From the human T2T-CHM13v2.0 reference genome, Homo sapiens, in assembly GCF_009914755.1 (NCBI RefSeq), contig NC_060925.1: 64,000 nucleotides of DNA, one strand, 5' to 3'. The notes below the pieces were generated by a model. That model ran no database searches. It saw only the letters and a list, made by a program, of their open reading frames with translations, and was not told the DNA's origin. Positions 39,723 through 52,100 of this stretch are shown here, piece after piece. The number at the start of each line of letters is the position of its first letter. The stretch's first letter is position 1. The translations under genes and the position numbers were made by a program.

Positions 39723-41939
39723 CCACTTGCAAATTCCACAAAAACAGTGTTTCAAATCTGCTCTCTCTAAATGAAAGTTCAACTCTGTCAGTTGAATACA
39801 CACAACACAAGGAAGTTACTGAGAATTCTTCTGTCTAGCATAATATGAAGAAATCCCGTTTCCAACGAAGGCCTCAAAGGGGTCTGAATATCCACTTGCA
39901 GACTTTATAAACAGAGTATTTACTAACTGCTCTAAGAAAAGAAAGGTTAAACTCTGTGAGTTGAACACACACATCACAAAGGAGTTTCTGAGAATCATTC
40001 TGTCTAGTTTTTCTACGAAGATATTTCGTTTTCTACTATTGACCTCAAAGCGGCTGAAATCTCCACTTGCAAATTCCACAAAAAGAGTGTTTCAAGTCTG
40101 CTCTGTGTAAAGGATCCTTCAACTCTGTGAGTTGAATACACACAACACAAGGAAGTTACTGAGAATTCTTCTGTCTAGCAGAATATGAAGAAATCCCGTT
40201 TCCAACGAAGGCCTCAAAGAGGTCTGAATATCCACTTGCAGACTTTACAAACAGAGTGTTTCCTAACTGCTCTATGAACAGAAAGGTTAAACTCTGTGAG
40301 TTGAACGCACACATCACAAAGGAGTTTCTGAGAATCGTTCTGTCTAGTTTCTATAGGAAGATATTTCCTATTCTACCATTGACCTCAAAGCGGCTGAAAT
40401 CTCCACTTGCAAATTCCACAAAAAGAGTGTTTCAAGTCTGCTCTGTGTAAAGGATCGTTCAACTCTGTGAGTTGAATACACACAACACAAGGAAGTTACT
40501 GAGAATTCTTCTGTCTAGCAGAATATGAAGAAATCCCGTTTCCAACGAAGGCCACAAGATGTCAGAATATCCACTTACAGACTTTACAAACAGAGTGTTT
40601 CCTAACTGCTCTATGAACAGAAAGGTTAAACTCTGTGAGTTGAACGAACACATCACAACGCAGTTTGTGGGAATGATTCTGTCTAGTTTTGAAACGAAGA
40701 TATTTCCTTTTCTGCCGTTGACCTTAAAGCGCTTGAAAACTACACTTGCAAATTGCACAAATAGAGTGTTTCAAATCTGCTCTGTCTAAGGGAACGTTCA
40801 ACTCTGTGAGTTGAATGCACACAACACAAGGAAGTTACTGGGAATTCTTCTGTCTAGCCTTACATGAAAAAAACCCGTTTCCAACGAAGGCCTCTAAGTG
40901 GTCAAAATTTCTACGTGCAGACTTTACAAACAGAGTGTTTCCAAACCGCTGAATGAAAAGAAAAGTTAAACTCTGAGAGTTGAACGCACACATCACGCAG
41001 CAGTTTCTGAGAATGATTCTGTCTAGTTTTTATACGAAGATATTTCCTTTTCTGCCTTTGGCCCGAAAGCGCTGGAAATCTCCACTTGCAAATTCCACAA
41101 AAACAGTGTTTCAAATCTGCTCTCTCTAAATGAAAGTTCAACTCTGTCAGTTGAATACACACAACACAAGGAAGTTACTGAGAATTCTTCTGTCTAGCAT
41201 AATATGAAGAAATCCCGTTTCCAACGAAGGCCTCAAAGGGGTCTGAATATCAACTTGCAGACTTTATAAACAGAGTGTTTACTAACTGCTCTATGAAAAG
41301 AAAGGTTAAACTCTGTGAGTTGAACACACACATCACAAAGGAGTTTCTGAGAATCATTCTGTCTAGTTTTTCTACGAAGATATTTCCTTTTCTACTATTG
41401 ACCTCAAAGCGGCTGAAATCTCCACTTGCAAATTCCACAAAAAGAGTGTTTCAAGTCTGCTCTGTGTAAAGGATCATTCAACTCTGTGAGTTGAATACCC
41501 ACAACACAAGGAAGTTACTGAGAATTCTTCTGTCTAGCAGAATAGGAAGAAATCCCGTTTCCAACGAAGGCCTCAAAGAGGTCTGAATATCCACTTGCAG
41601 ACTTTACAAACAGAGTGTTTCCTAACGGCTCTATGAAAAGAAAAGTTAAACTCTGTGAGTTGAACGCACACATCACAAAGGAGTTTCTGAGAATCGTTCT
41701 GTCTAGTTTCTATAGGAAGATATTTCCTATTCTACCATTGACCTCAAAGCGGCTGAAATCTCCACTTGCAAATTCCACAAAAAGAATGTTTCAAGTCTGC
41801 TCTGTGTAAAGGATCGTTCAACTCTGTGAGTTGAATACACACAACACAAGGAAGTTACTGAGAATTCTTCTGTCTAGCATAATATGAAGAAATCCCGTTT
41901 CCAACGAAGGCCTCAAAGAGGTCTGAATATCCACTTGCA

Positions 41940-44900
41940 GACTTTACAAACAGAGTGTTTCCTAACTGCTCTATGAAAAGAAAAGTTAAACTTTGAGAGT
42001 TGAACGCACACATCACAAAGGAGTTTATGAGAATCATTCTGTCTAGTCTTTATATGAAGATAGTTTCCTTTTCTACCATTGACCTCAAAGCGGCTGAAAT
42101 CTCCACTTGCAAATTCCACAAAAAGAGTGTTTCAAGTCTGCTCTGTGTAAAGGATCGTTCAACTCTGTGAGTTGAATACACACAACACAAGGAAGTTACT
42201 GAGAATTCTTCTGTCTAGCAGAATATGAAGAAATCCCGTTTCCAACGAAGGCCTCAAGGAGGTCTGAATATCCACTTGCAGACTTTACAAACAGAGTGTT
42301 TCCTAACTGCTCTATGAACAGAAAGGTTAAACTCTGTGAGTTGAACGAACACATCACAACGCAGTTTGTGGGAATGATTCTGTCTAGTTTTGAAACGAAG
42401 ATATTTCCTTTTCTGCCATTGACCTTAAAGCGCTTGAAATCTACACTTGCAAATTGCACAAATAGAGTGTTTCAAATCTGCTCTAAGGGAACGTTCAACT
42501 CTGTGAGTTGAATGCACACAACACAAGGAAGTTACTGGGAATTCTTCTGTCTAGCCTTACATGAAAAAAACCCGTTTCCAACGAAGGCCTCTAAGTGGTC
42601 AAAATATCCACGTGCAGACTTTACAAACAGAGTGTTTCCAAACCGCTGAATGAAAAGAAAAGTTAAACTCTGAGAGTTGAACGCACACATCACGCAGCAG
42701 TTTCTGAGAATGATTCTGTCTAGTTTTTATACGAAGATATTTCCTTTTCTGCCTTTGGCCCCAAAGCGCTTGAAATCTCCAATTGCAAATTCCACAAAAA
42801 CAGTGTTTCAAATCTGCTCTCTCTAAATGAAAGTTCAACTCTGTCAGTTGAATACACACAACACAAGGAAGTTACTGAGAATTCTTCTGTCTAGCATAAT
42901 ATGAAGAAATCCCGTTTCCAACGAAGGCCTCAAAGGGGTCTGAATATCCACTTGCAGACTTTATAAACAGAGTATTTACTAACTGCTCTATGAAAAGAAA
43001 GGTTAAACTCTGTGAGTTGAACACACACATCACAAAGGAGTTTCTGAGAATCATTCTGTCTAGTTTTTCTACGAAGATATTTCCTTTTCTACTATTGACC
43101 TCAAAGCGGCTGAAATCTCCACTTGCAAATTCCACAAAAAGAGTGTTTCAAGTCTGCTCTGTGTAAAGGATCCTTCAACTCTGTGAGTTGAATACACACA
43201 ACACAAGGAAGTTACTGAGAATTCTTCTGTCTAGCAGAATATGAAGAAATCCCGTTTCCAACGAAGGCCTCAAAGAGGTCTGAATATCCACTTGCAGACT
43301 TTACAAACAGAGTGTTTCCTAACTGCTCTATGAACAGAAAGGTTAAACTCTGTGAGTTGAACGCACACATCACAAAGGAGTTTCTGAGAATCGTTCTGTC
43401 TAGTTTCTATAGGAAGATATTTCCTATTCTACCATTGACCTCAAAGCGGCTGAAATCTCCACTTGCAAATTCCACAAAAAGAGTGTTTCAAGTCTGCTCT
43501 GTGTAAAGGATCGTTCAACTCTGTGAGTTGAATACACACAACACAAGGAAGTTACTGAGAATTCTTCTGTCTAGCAGAATAGGAAGAAATCCCGTTTCCA
43601 ACGAAGGCCACAAGATGTCAGAATATCCACTTACAGACTTTACAAACAGAGTGTTTCCTAACTGCTCTATGAAAAGAAAAGTTAAACTTTGAGAGTTGAA
43701 CGCACACATCACAAAGGAGTTTATGAGAATCATTCTGTCTAGTCTTTATATGAAGATAGTTTCCTTTTCTACCATTGACCTCAAAGCGGCTGAAATCTCC
43801 ACTTGCAAATTCCACAAAAAGAGTGTTTCAAGTCTGCTCTGTGTAAAGGATCGTTCAACTCTGTGAGTTGAATACACACAACACAAGGAAGTTACTGAGA
43901 ATTCTTCTGTCTAGCAGAATATGAAGAAATCCCGTTTCCAACGAAGGCCTCAAGGAGGTCTGAATATCCACTTGCAGACTTTACAAACAGAGTGTTTCCT
44001 AACTGCTCTATGAACAGAAAGGTTAAACTCTGTGAGTTGAACGAACACATCACAACGCAGTTTGTGGGAATGATTCTGTCTAGTTTTGAAACGAAGATAT
44101 TTCCTTTTCTGCCATTGACCTTAAAGCGCTTGAAATCTACACTTGCAAATTGCACAAATAGAGTGTTTCAAATCTGCTCTAAGGGAACGTTCAACTCTGT
44201 GAGTTGAATGCACACAACACAAGGAAGTTACTGGGAATTCTTCTGTCTAGCCTTACATGAAAAAAACCCGTTTCCAACGAAGGCCTCTAAGTGGTCAAAA
44301 TATCCACGTGCAGACTTTACAAACAGAGTGTTTCCAAACCGCTGAATGAAAAGAAAAGTTAAACTCTGAGAGTTGAACGCACACATCACGCAGCAGTTTC
44401 TGAGAATGATTCTGTCTAGTTTTTATACGAAGATATTTCCTTTTCTGCCTTTGGCCCCAAAGCGCTTGAAATCTCCAATTGCAAATTCCACAAAAACAGT
44501 GTTTCAAATCTGCTCTCTCTAAATGAAAGTTCAACTCTGTCAGTTGAATACACACAACACAAGGAAGTTACTGAGAATTCTTCTGTCTAGCATAATATGA
44601 AGAAATCCCGTTTCCAACGAAGGCCTCAAAGGGGTCTGAATATCCACTTGCAGACTTTATAAACAGAGTATTTACTAACTGCTCTATGAAAAGAAAGGTT
44701 AAACTCTGTGAGTTGAACACACACATCACAAAGGAGTTTCTGAGAATCATTCTGTCTAGTTTTTCTACGAAGATATTTCCTTTTCTACTATTGACCTCAA
44801 AGCGGCTGAAATCTCCACTTGCAAATTCCACAAAAAGAGTGTTTCAAGTCTGCTCTGTGTAAAGGATCCTTCAACTCTGTGAGTTGAATACACACAACAC

Positions 44901-45368
44901 AAGGAAGTTACTGAGAATTCTTCTGTCTAGCAGAATATGAAGAAATCCCGTTTCCAACGAAGGCCTCAAAGAGGTCTGAATATCCACTTGCAGACTTTAC
45001 AAACAGAGTGTTTCCTAACTGCTCTATGAACAGAAAGGTTAAACTCTGTGAGTTGAACGCACACATCACAAAGGAGTTTCTGAGAATCGTTCTGTCTAGT
45101 TTCTATAGGAAGATATTTCCTATTCTACCATTGACCTCAAAGCGGCTGAAATCTCCACTTGCAAATTCCACAAAAAGAGTGTTTCAAGTCTGCTCTGTGT
45201 AAAGGATCGTTCAACTCTGTGAGTTGAATACACACAACACAAGGAAGTTACTGAGAATTCTTCTGTCTAGCAGAATAGGAAGAAATCCCGTTTCCAACGA
45301 AGGCCACAAGATGTCAGAATATCCACTTACAGACTTTACAAACAGAGTGTTTCCTAACTGCTCTATGA
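41940..45368. repeat. Tandem duplication of a 1,696-bp (5-dimer) block
   Basis: Offset of 1696 for ORFs 42296/43992, 42599/44295 and 43312/45008. Both copies share the 4-bp deletion, CCAATTGC and GAGTATTT variants. Confidence 0.88.
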
Positions 45369-46198
45369 ACAGAAAGGTTAAACTCTGTGAGTTGAACGAA
45401 CACATCACAACGCAGTTTGTGGGAATGATTCTGTCTAGTTTTGAAACGAAGATATTTCCTTTTCTGCCGTTGACCTTAAAGAGCTTGAAAACTACACTTG
45501 CAAATTGCACAAATAGAGTGTTTCAAATCTGCTCTGTCTAAGGGAACGTTCAACTCTGTGAGTTGAATGCACACAACACAAGGAAGTTACTGGGAATTCT
45601 TCTGTCTAGCCTTACATGAAAAAAACCCGTTTCCAACGAAGGCCTCTAAGTGGTCAAAATTTCTACGTGCAGACTTTACAAACAGAGTGTTTCCAAACCG
45701 CTGAATGAAAAGAAAAGTTAAACTCTGAGAGTTGAACGCACACATCACGCAGCAGTTTCTGAGAATGATTCTGTCTAGTTTTTATACGAAGATATTTCCT
45801 TTTCTGCCTTTGGCCCCAAAGCGCTTGAAATCTCCACTTGCAAATTCCACAAAAACAGTGTTTCAAATCTGCTCTCTCTAAATGAAAGTTCAACTCTGTC
45901 AGTTGAATACACACAACACAAGGAAGTTACTGAGAATTCTTCTGTCTAGCATAATATGAAGAAATCCCGTTTCCAACGAAGGCCTCAAAGGGGTCTGAAT
46001 ATCCACTTGCAGACTTTATAAACAGAGTGTTTACTAACTGCTCTATGAAAAGAAAGGTTAAACTCTGTGAGTTGAACACACACATCACAAAGGAGTTTCT
46101 GAGAATCATTCTGTCTAGTTTTTCTACGAAGATATTTCCTTTTCTACTATTGACCTCAAAGCGGCTGAAATCTCCACTTGCAAATTCTACAAATAGTG

Positions 46199-49100
46199 TG
46201 TTTCAAGTCTGCTCTGTGTAAAGGATCGTTCAACTCTGTGAGTTGAATACACACAACACAAGGAAGTTACTGAGAATTCTTCTGTCTAGCAGAATATGAA
46301 GAAATCCCGTTTCCAACGAAGGCCTCAAAGAGGTCTGAATATCCACTTGCAGACTTTACAAACAGAGTGTTTCCTAACTGCTCTATGAAAAGAAAAGTTA
46401 AACTCTGTGAGATGAACGCACACATCACAAAGGAGTTTCTGAGAATCGTTGTGTCTAGTTTCTATAGGAAGATATTTCCTATTCTACCGTTGACCTCAAA
46501 GCGGCTGAAATCTCCACTTGCAAATTCCACAAAAAGAATGTTTCAAGTCTGCTCTGTGTAAAGGATCGTTCAACTCTGTGAGTTGAATACACACAACACA
46601 AGGAAGTTACTGAGAATTCTTCTGTCTAGCAGAATATGAAGAAATCCCGTTTCCAACGAAGGCCTCAAAGAGGTCTGAATATCCACTTGCAGACTTTACA
46701 AACAGAGTGTTTCCTAACTGCTCTATGAAAAGAAAAGTTAAATTCTGTGAGTTTAACGCACACATCACAAAGGAGTTTATGAGAATCATTCTGTCTAGTC
46801 TTTATACGAAGATATTTCCTTTTCTACCATTGACCTCAAAGCGGCTGAAATCTCCACTTGCAAATTCCACAAAAAGAGTGTTTCAAGTCTGCTCTGTGTA
46901 AAGGATCGTTCAACTCTGTGAGTTGAATAAACACAACACAAGGAAGTTACTGAGAATTCTTCTGTCTAGCAGAATATGAAGAAATCCCGTTTCCAACGAA
47001 GGCCTCTAGGAGGTCTGAATATCCACTTGCAGACTTTACAAACAGAGTGTTTCCTAACTGCTCTATGAACAGAAAGGTTAAACTCTGTGAGTTGAACGGA
47101 CACATCACAACGCAGTTTGTGGGAATGATTCTGTCTAGTTTTGAAACGAAGATATTTCCTTTTCTGCCGTTGACCTTAAAGCGCTTGAAATCTACACTTG
47201 CAAATTGCACAAATAGAGTGTTTCAAATCTGCTCTGTCTAAGGGAACGTTCAACTCTGTGAGTTGAATGCACACAACACAAGGAAGTTACTGGGAATTCT
47301 TCTGTCTAGCCTTACATGAAAAAAACCCGTTTCCAACGAAGGCCTCTAAGTGGTCAAAATATCCACGTGCAGACTTTACAAACAGAGTGTTTCCAAACCG
47401 CTGAATGAAAAGAAAAGTTAAACTCTGAGAGTTGAACGCACACATCACGCAGCAGTTTCTGAGAATGATTCTGTCTAGTTTTTATACGAAGATATTTCCT
47501 TTTCTGCCTTTGGCCCCAAAGCGCTTGAAATCTCCACTTGCAAATTCCACAAAAACAGTGTTTCAAATCTGCTCTCTCTAAATGAAAGTTCAACTCTGTC
47601 AGTTGAATACACACAACACAAGGAAGTTACTGAGAATTCTTCTGTCTAGCATAATATGAAGAAATCCCGTTTCCAACGAAGGCCTCAAAGGGGTCTGAAT
47701 ATCCACTTGCAGACTTTATAAACAGAGTGTTTACTAACTGCTCTATGAAAAGAAAGGTTAAACTCTGTGAGTTGAACACACACATCACAAAGGAGTTTCT
47801 GAGAATCATTCTGTCTAGTTTTTCTACGAAGATATTTCCTTTTCTACTATTGACCTCAAAGCGGCTGAAATCTCCACTTGCAAATTCCACAAAAAGAGTG
47901 TTTCAAGTCTGCTCTGTGTAAAGGATCGTTCAGCTCTGTGAGTTGAATACACACAACACAAGGAAGTTACTGAGAATTCTTCTGTCTAGCAGAATATGAA
48001 GAAATCCCGTTTCCAACGAAGGCCTCAAAGAGGTCTGAATATCCACTTGCAGACTTTACAAACAGAGTGTTTCCTAACTGCTCTATGAAAAGAAAGGTTA
48101 AACTCTGTGAGTTGAACGCACACATCACAAAGGAGTTTCTGAGAATCGTTCTGTCTAGTTTCTATAGGAAGATATTTCCTATTCTACCATTGACCTCAAA
48201 GCGGCTGAAATCTCCACTTGCAAATTCCACAAAAAGAATGTTTCAAGTCTGCTCTGTGTAAAGGATCGTTCAACTCTGTGAGTTGAATACACACAACACA
48301 AGGAAGTTACTGAGATTTCTTCTGTCTAGCAGAATATGAAGAAATCCCGTTTCCAACGAAGGCCACAAGATGTCAGAATATCCACTTACAGACTTTACAA
48401 ACAGAGTGTTTCCTAACTGCTCTATGAACAGAAAGGTTAAACTCTGTGAGTTGAACGAACACATCACAACGCAGTTTGTGGGAATGATTCTGTCTAGTTT
48501 TGAAACGAAGATATTTCCTTTTCTGCCGTTGACCTTAAAGAGCTTGAAAACTACACTTGCAAATTGCACAAATAGAGTGTTTCAAATCTGCTCTGTCTAA
48601 GGGAACGTTCAACTCTGTGAGTTGAATGCACACAACACAAGGAAGTTACTGGGAATTCTTCTGTCTAGCCTTACATGAAAAAAACCCGTTTCCAACGAAG
48701 GCCTCTAAGTGGTCAAAATTTCCACGTGCAGACTTTACAAACAGAGTGTTTCCAAACCGCTGAATGAAAAGAAAAGTTAAACTCTGAGAGTTGAACGCAC
48801 ACATCACGCAGCAGTTTCTGAGAATGATTCTGTCTAGTTTTTATACGAAGATATTTCCTTTTCTGCCTTTGGCCCCAAAGCGCTTGAAATCTCCACTTGC
48901 AAATTCCACAAAAACAGTGTTTCAAATCTGCTCTCTCTAAATGAAAGTTCAACTCTGTCAGTTGAATACACACAACACAAGGAAGTTACTGAGAATTCTT
49001 CTGTCTAGCAGAATATGAAGAAATCCCGTTTCCAACGAAGGCCTCAAAGGGGTCTGAATATCCACATGCAGACTTTATAAACAGAGTGTTTACTAACTGC

Positions 49101-52100
49101 TCTATGAAAAGAAAGGTTAAACTCTGTGAGTTGAACACACACATCACAAAGGAGTTTCTGAGAATCATTCTGTCTAGTTTTTCTACGAAGATATTTCCTT
49201 TTCTACTATTGACCTCAAAGCGGCTGAAATCTCCACTTGCAAATTCCACAAAAAGAGTGTTTCAAGTCTGCTCTGTGTAAAGGATCGTTCAACTCTGTGA
49301 GTTGAATACACACAACACAAGGAAGTTACTGAGAATTCTTCTGTCTAGCAGAATATGAAGAAATCCCGTTTCCAACGAAGGCCTCAAAGAGATCAGAATA
49401 TCCACTTGCAGACTTTACAAACAGAGTCTTTCCTAACTGCTCTATGAAAAGAAAGGTTAAACTCTGTGAGTTGAACGCACACATCACAAAGGAGTTTCTG
49501 AGAATCGTTCTGTCTAGTTTCTATAGGAAGATATTTCCTATTCTACCATTGACCTCAAAGCGGCTGAAATCTCCACTTGCAAATTCCACAAAAAGAATGT
49601 TTCAAGTCTGCTCTGTGTAAAGGATCGTTCAATTCTGTGAGTTGAATACACACAACACGAGGAAGTTACTGAGAATTCTTCTGTCTAGCATAATATGAAG
49701 AAATCCCGTTTCCAACGAAGGCCTCTAAGGGGTCTGAATATCCACTTGCAGACTTTACAAACAGAGTGTTTCCTAACGGCTCTATGAAAAGAAAAGTTAA
49801 ACTCTGTGAGATGAACGCACACATCACAAAGGAGTTTCTGAGAATCATTCTCTCTAGTCTTTATACGAAGATATTTCCTTTTCTACCATTGACCTCAAAG
49901 CGGCTGAAATCTCCACTTGCAAATTCCACAAAAAGAGTGTTTCAAGTCTGCTCTGTGTAAAGGATCGTTCAACTCTGTGAGTTGAATACACACAACACAA
50001 GGAAGTTACTGAGAATTCTTCTGTCTAGCAGAATATGAAGAAATCCCGTTTCCAACGAAGGCCTCAAAGAGGTCTGAATATCCACTTGCAGACTTTACAA
50101 ACAGAGTGTTTCCTAACTGCTCTATGAAAAGAAAGGTTAAACTCTGTGAGTTGAACGCACACATCACAAAGGAGTTTCTGAGAATCGTTCTGTCTAGTTT
50201 CTATAGGAAGATATTTCCTATTCTACCATTGACCTCAAAGCGGCTGAAATCTCCACTTGCAAATTCCACAAAAAGAATGTTTCAAGTCTGCTCTGTGTAA
50301 AGGATCGTTCAACTCTGTGAGTTGAATACACACAACACAAGGAAGTTACTGAGAAATCTTCTGTCTAGCAGAATATGAAGAAATCCCGTTTCCAACGAAG
50401 GCCACAAGATGTCAGAATATCCACTTACAGACTTTACAAACAGAGTGTTTCCTAACTGCTCTATGAACAGAAAGGTTAAACTCTGTGAGTTGAACGAACA
50501 CATCACAACGCAGTTTGTGGGAATGATTCTGTCTAGTTTTGAAACGAAGATATTTCCTTTTCTGCCGTTGACCTTAAAGAGCTTGAAAACTACACTTGCA
50601 AATTGCACAAATAGAGTGTTTCAAATCTGCTCTGTCTAAGGGAACGTTCAACTCTGTGAGTTGAATGCACACAACACAAGGAAGTTACTGGGAATTCTTC
50701 TGTCTAGCCTTACATGAAAAAAACCCGTTTCCAACGAAGGCCTCTAAGTGGTCAAAATTTCCACGTGCAGACTTTACAAACAGAGTGTTTCCAAACCGCT
50801 GAATGAAAAGAAAAGTTAAACTCTGAGAGTTGAACGCACACATCACGCAGCAGTTTCTGAGAATGATTCTGTCTAGTTTTTATACGAAGATATTTCCTTT
50901 TCTGCCTTTGGCCCCAAAGCGCTTGAAATCTCCACTTGCAAATTCCACAAAAACAGTGTTTCAAATCTGCTCTCTCTAAATGAAAGTTCAACTCTGTCAG
51001 TTGAATACACACAACACAAGGAAGTTACTGAGAATTCTTCTGTCTAGCAGAATATGAAGAAATCCCGTTATCAACGAAGGCCTCAAAGGGGTCTGAATAT
51101 CCACATGCAGACTTTATAAACAGAGTGTTTACTAACTGCTCTATGAAAAGAAAGGTTAAACTCTGTGAGTTGAACACACACATCACAAAGGAGTTTCTGA
51201 GAATCATTCTGTCTAGTTTTTCTACGAAGATATTTCCTTTTCTACTATTGACCTCAAAGCGGCTGAAATCTCCACTTGCAAATTCCACAAAAAGAGTGTT
51301 TCAAGTCTGCTCTGTGTAAAGGATCGTTCAACTCTGTGAGTTGAATACACACAACACAAGGAAGTTACTGAGAATTCTTCTGTCTAGCAGAATATGAAGA
51401 AACCCCGTTTCCAACGAAGGCCTCAAAGAGATCTGAATATACACTTGCAGACTTTACAAACAGAGTCTTTCCTAACTGCTCTATGAAAAGAAAGGTTAAA
51501 CTCTGTGAGTTGAACGCACACATCACAAAGGAGTTTCTGAGAATCGTTCTGTCTAGTTTCTATAGGAAGATATTTCCTATTCTACCATTGACCTCAAAGC
51601 GGCTGAAATCTCCACTTGCAAATTCCACAAAAAGAATGTTTCAAGTCTGCTCTGTGTAAAGGATCGTTCAACTCTGTGAGTTGAATACACACAACACAAG
51701 GAAGTTACTGAGAATTCTTCTGTCTAGCATAATATGAAGAAATCCCGTTTCCAACGAAGGCCTCAAAGAGGTCTGAATATCCACTTGCAGACTTTACAAA
51801 CAGAGTGTTTCCTAACGGCTCTATGAAAAGAAAAGTTAAACTCTGTGAGATGAACGCACACATCACAAAGGAGTTTCTGAGAATCATTCTCTCTAGTCTT
51901 TATACGAAGATATTTCCTTTTCTACCATTGACCTCAAAGCGGCTGAAATCTCCACTTGCAAATTCCACAAAAAGAGTGTTTCAAGTCTGCTCTGTGTAAA
52001 GGATCGTTCAACTCTGTGAGTTGAATACACACAACATAAGGAAGTTACTGAGAATTCTTCTGTCTAGCAGAATAGGAAGAAATCCCGTTTCCAACGAAGG

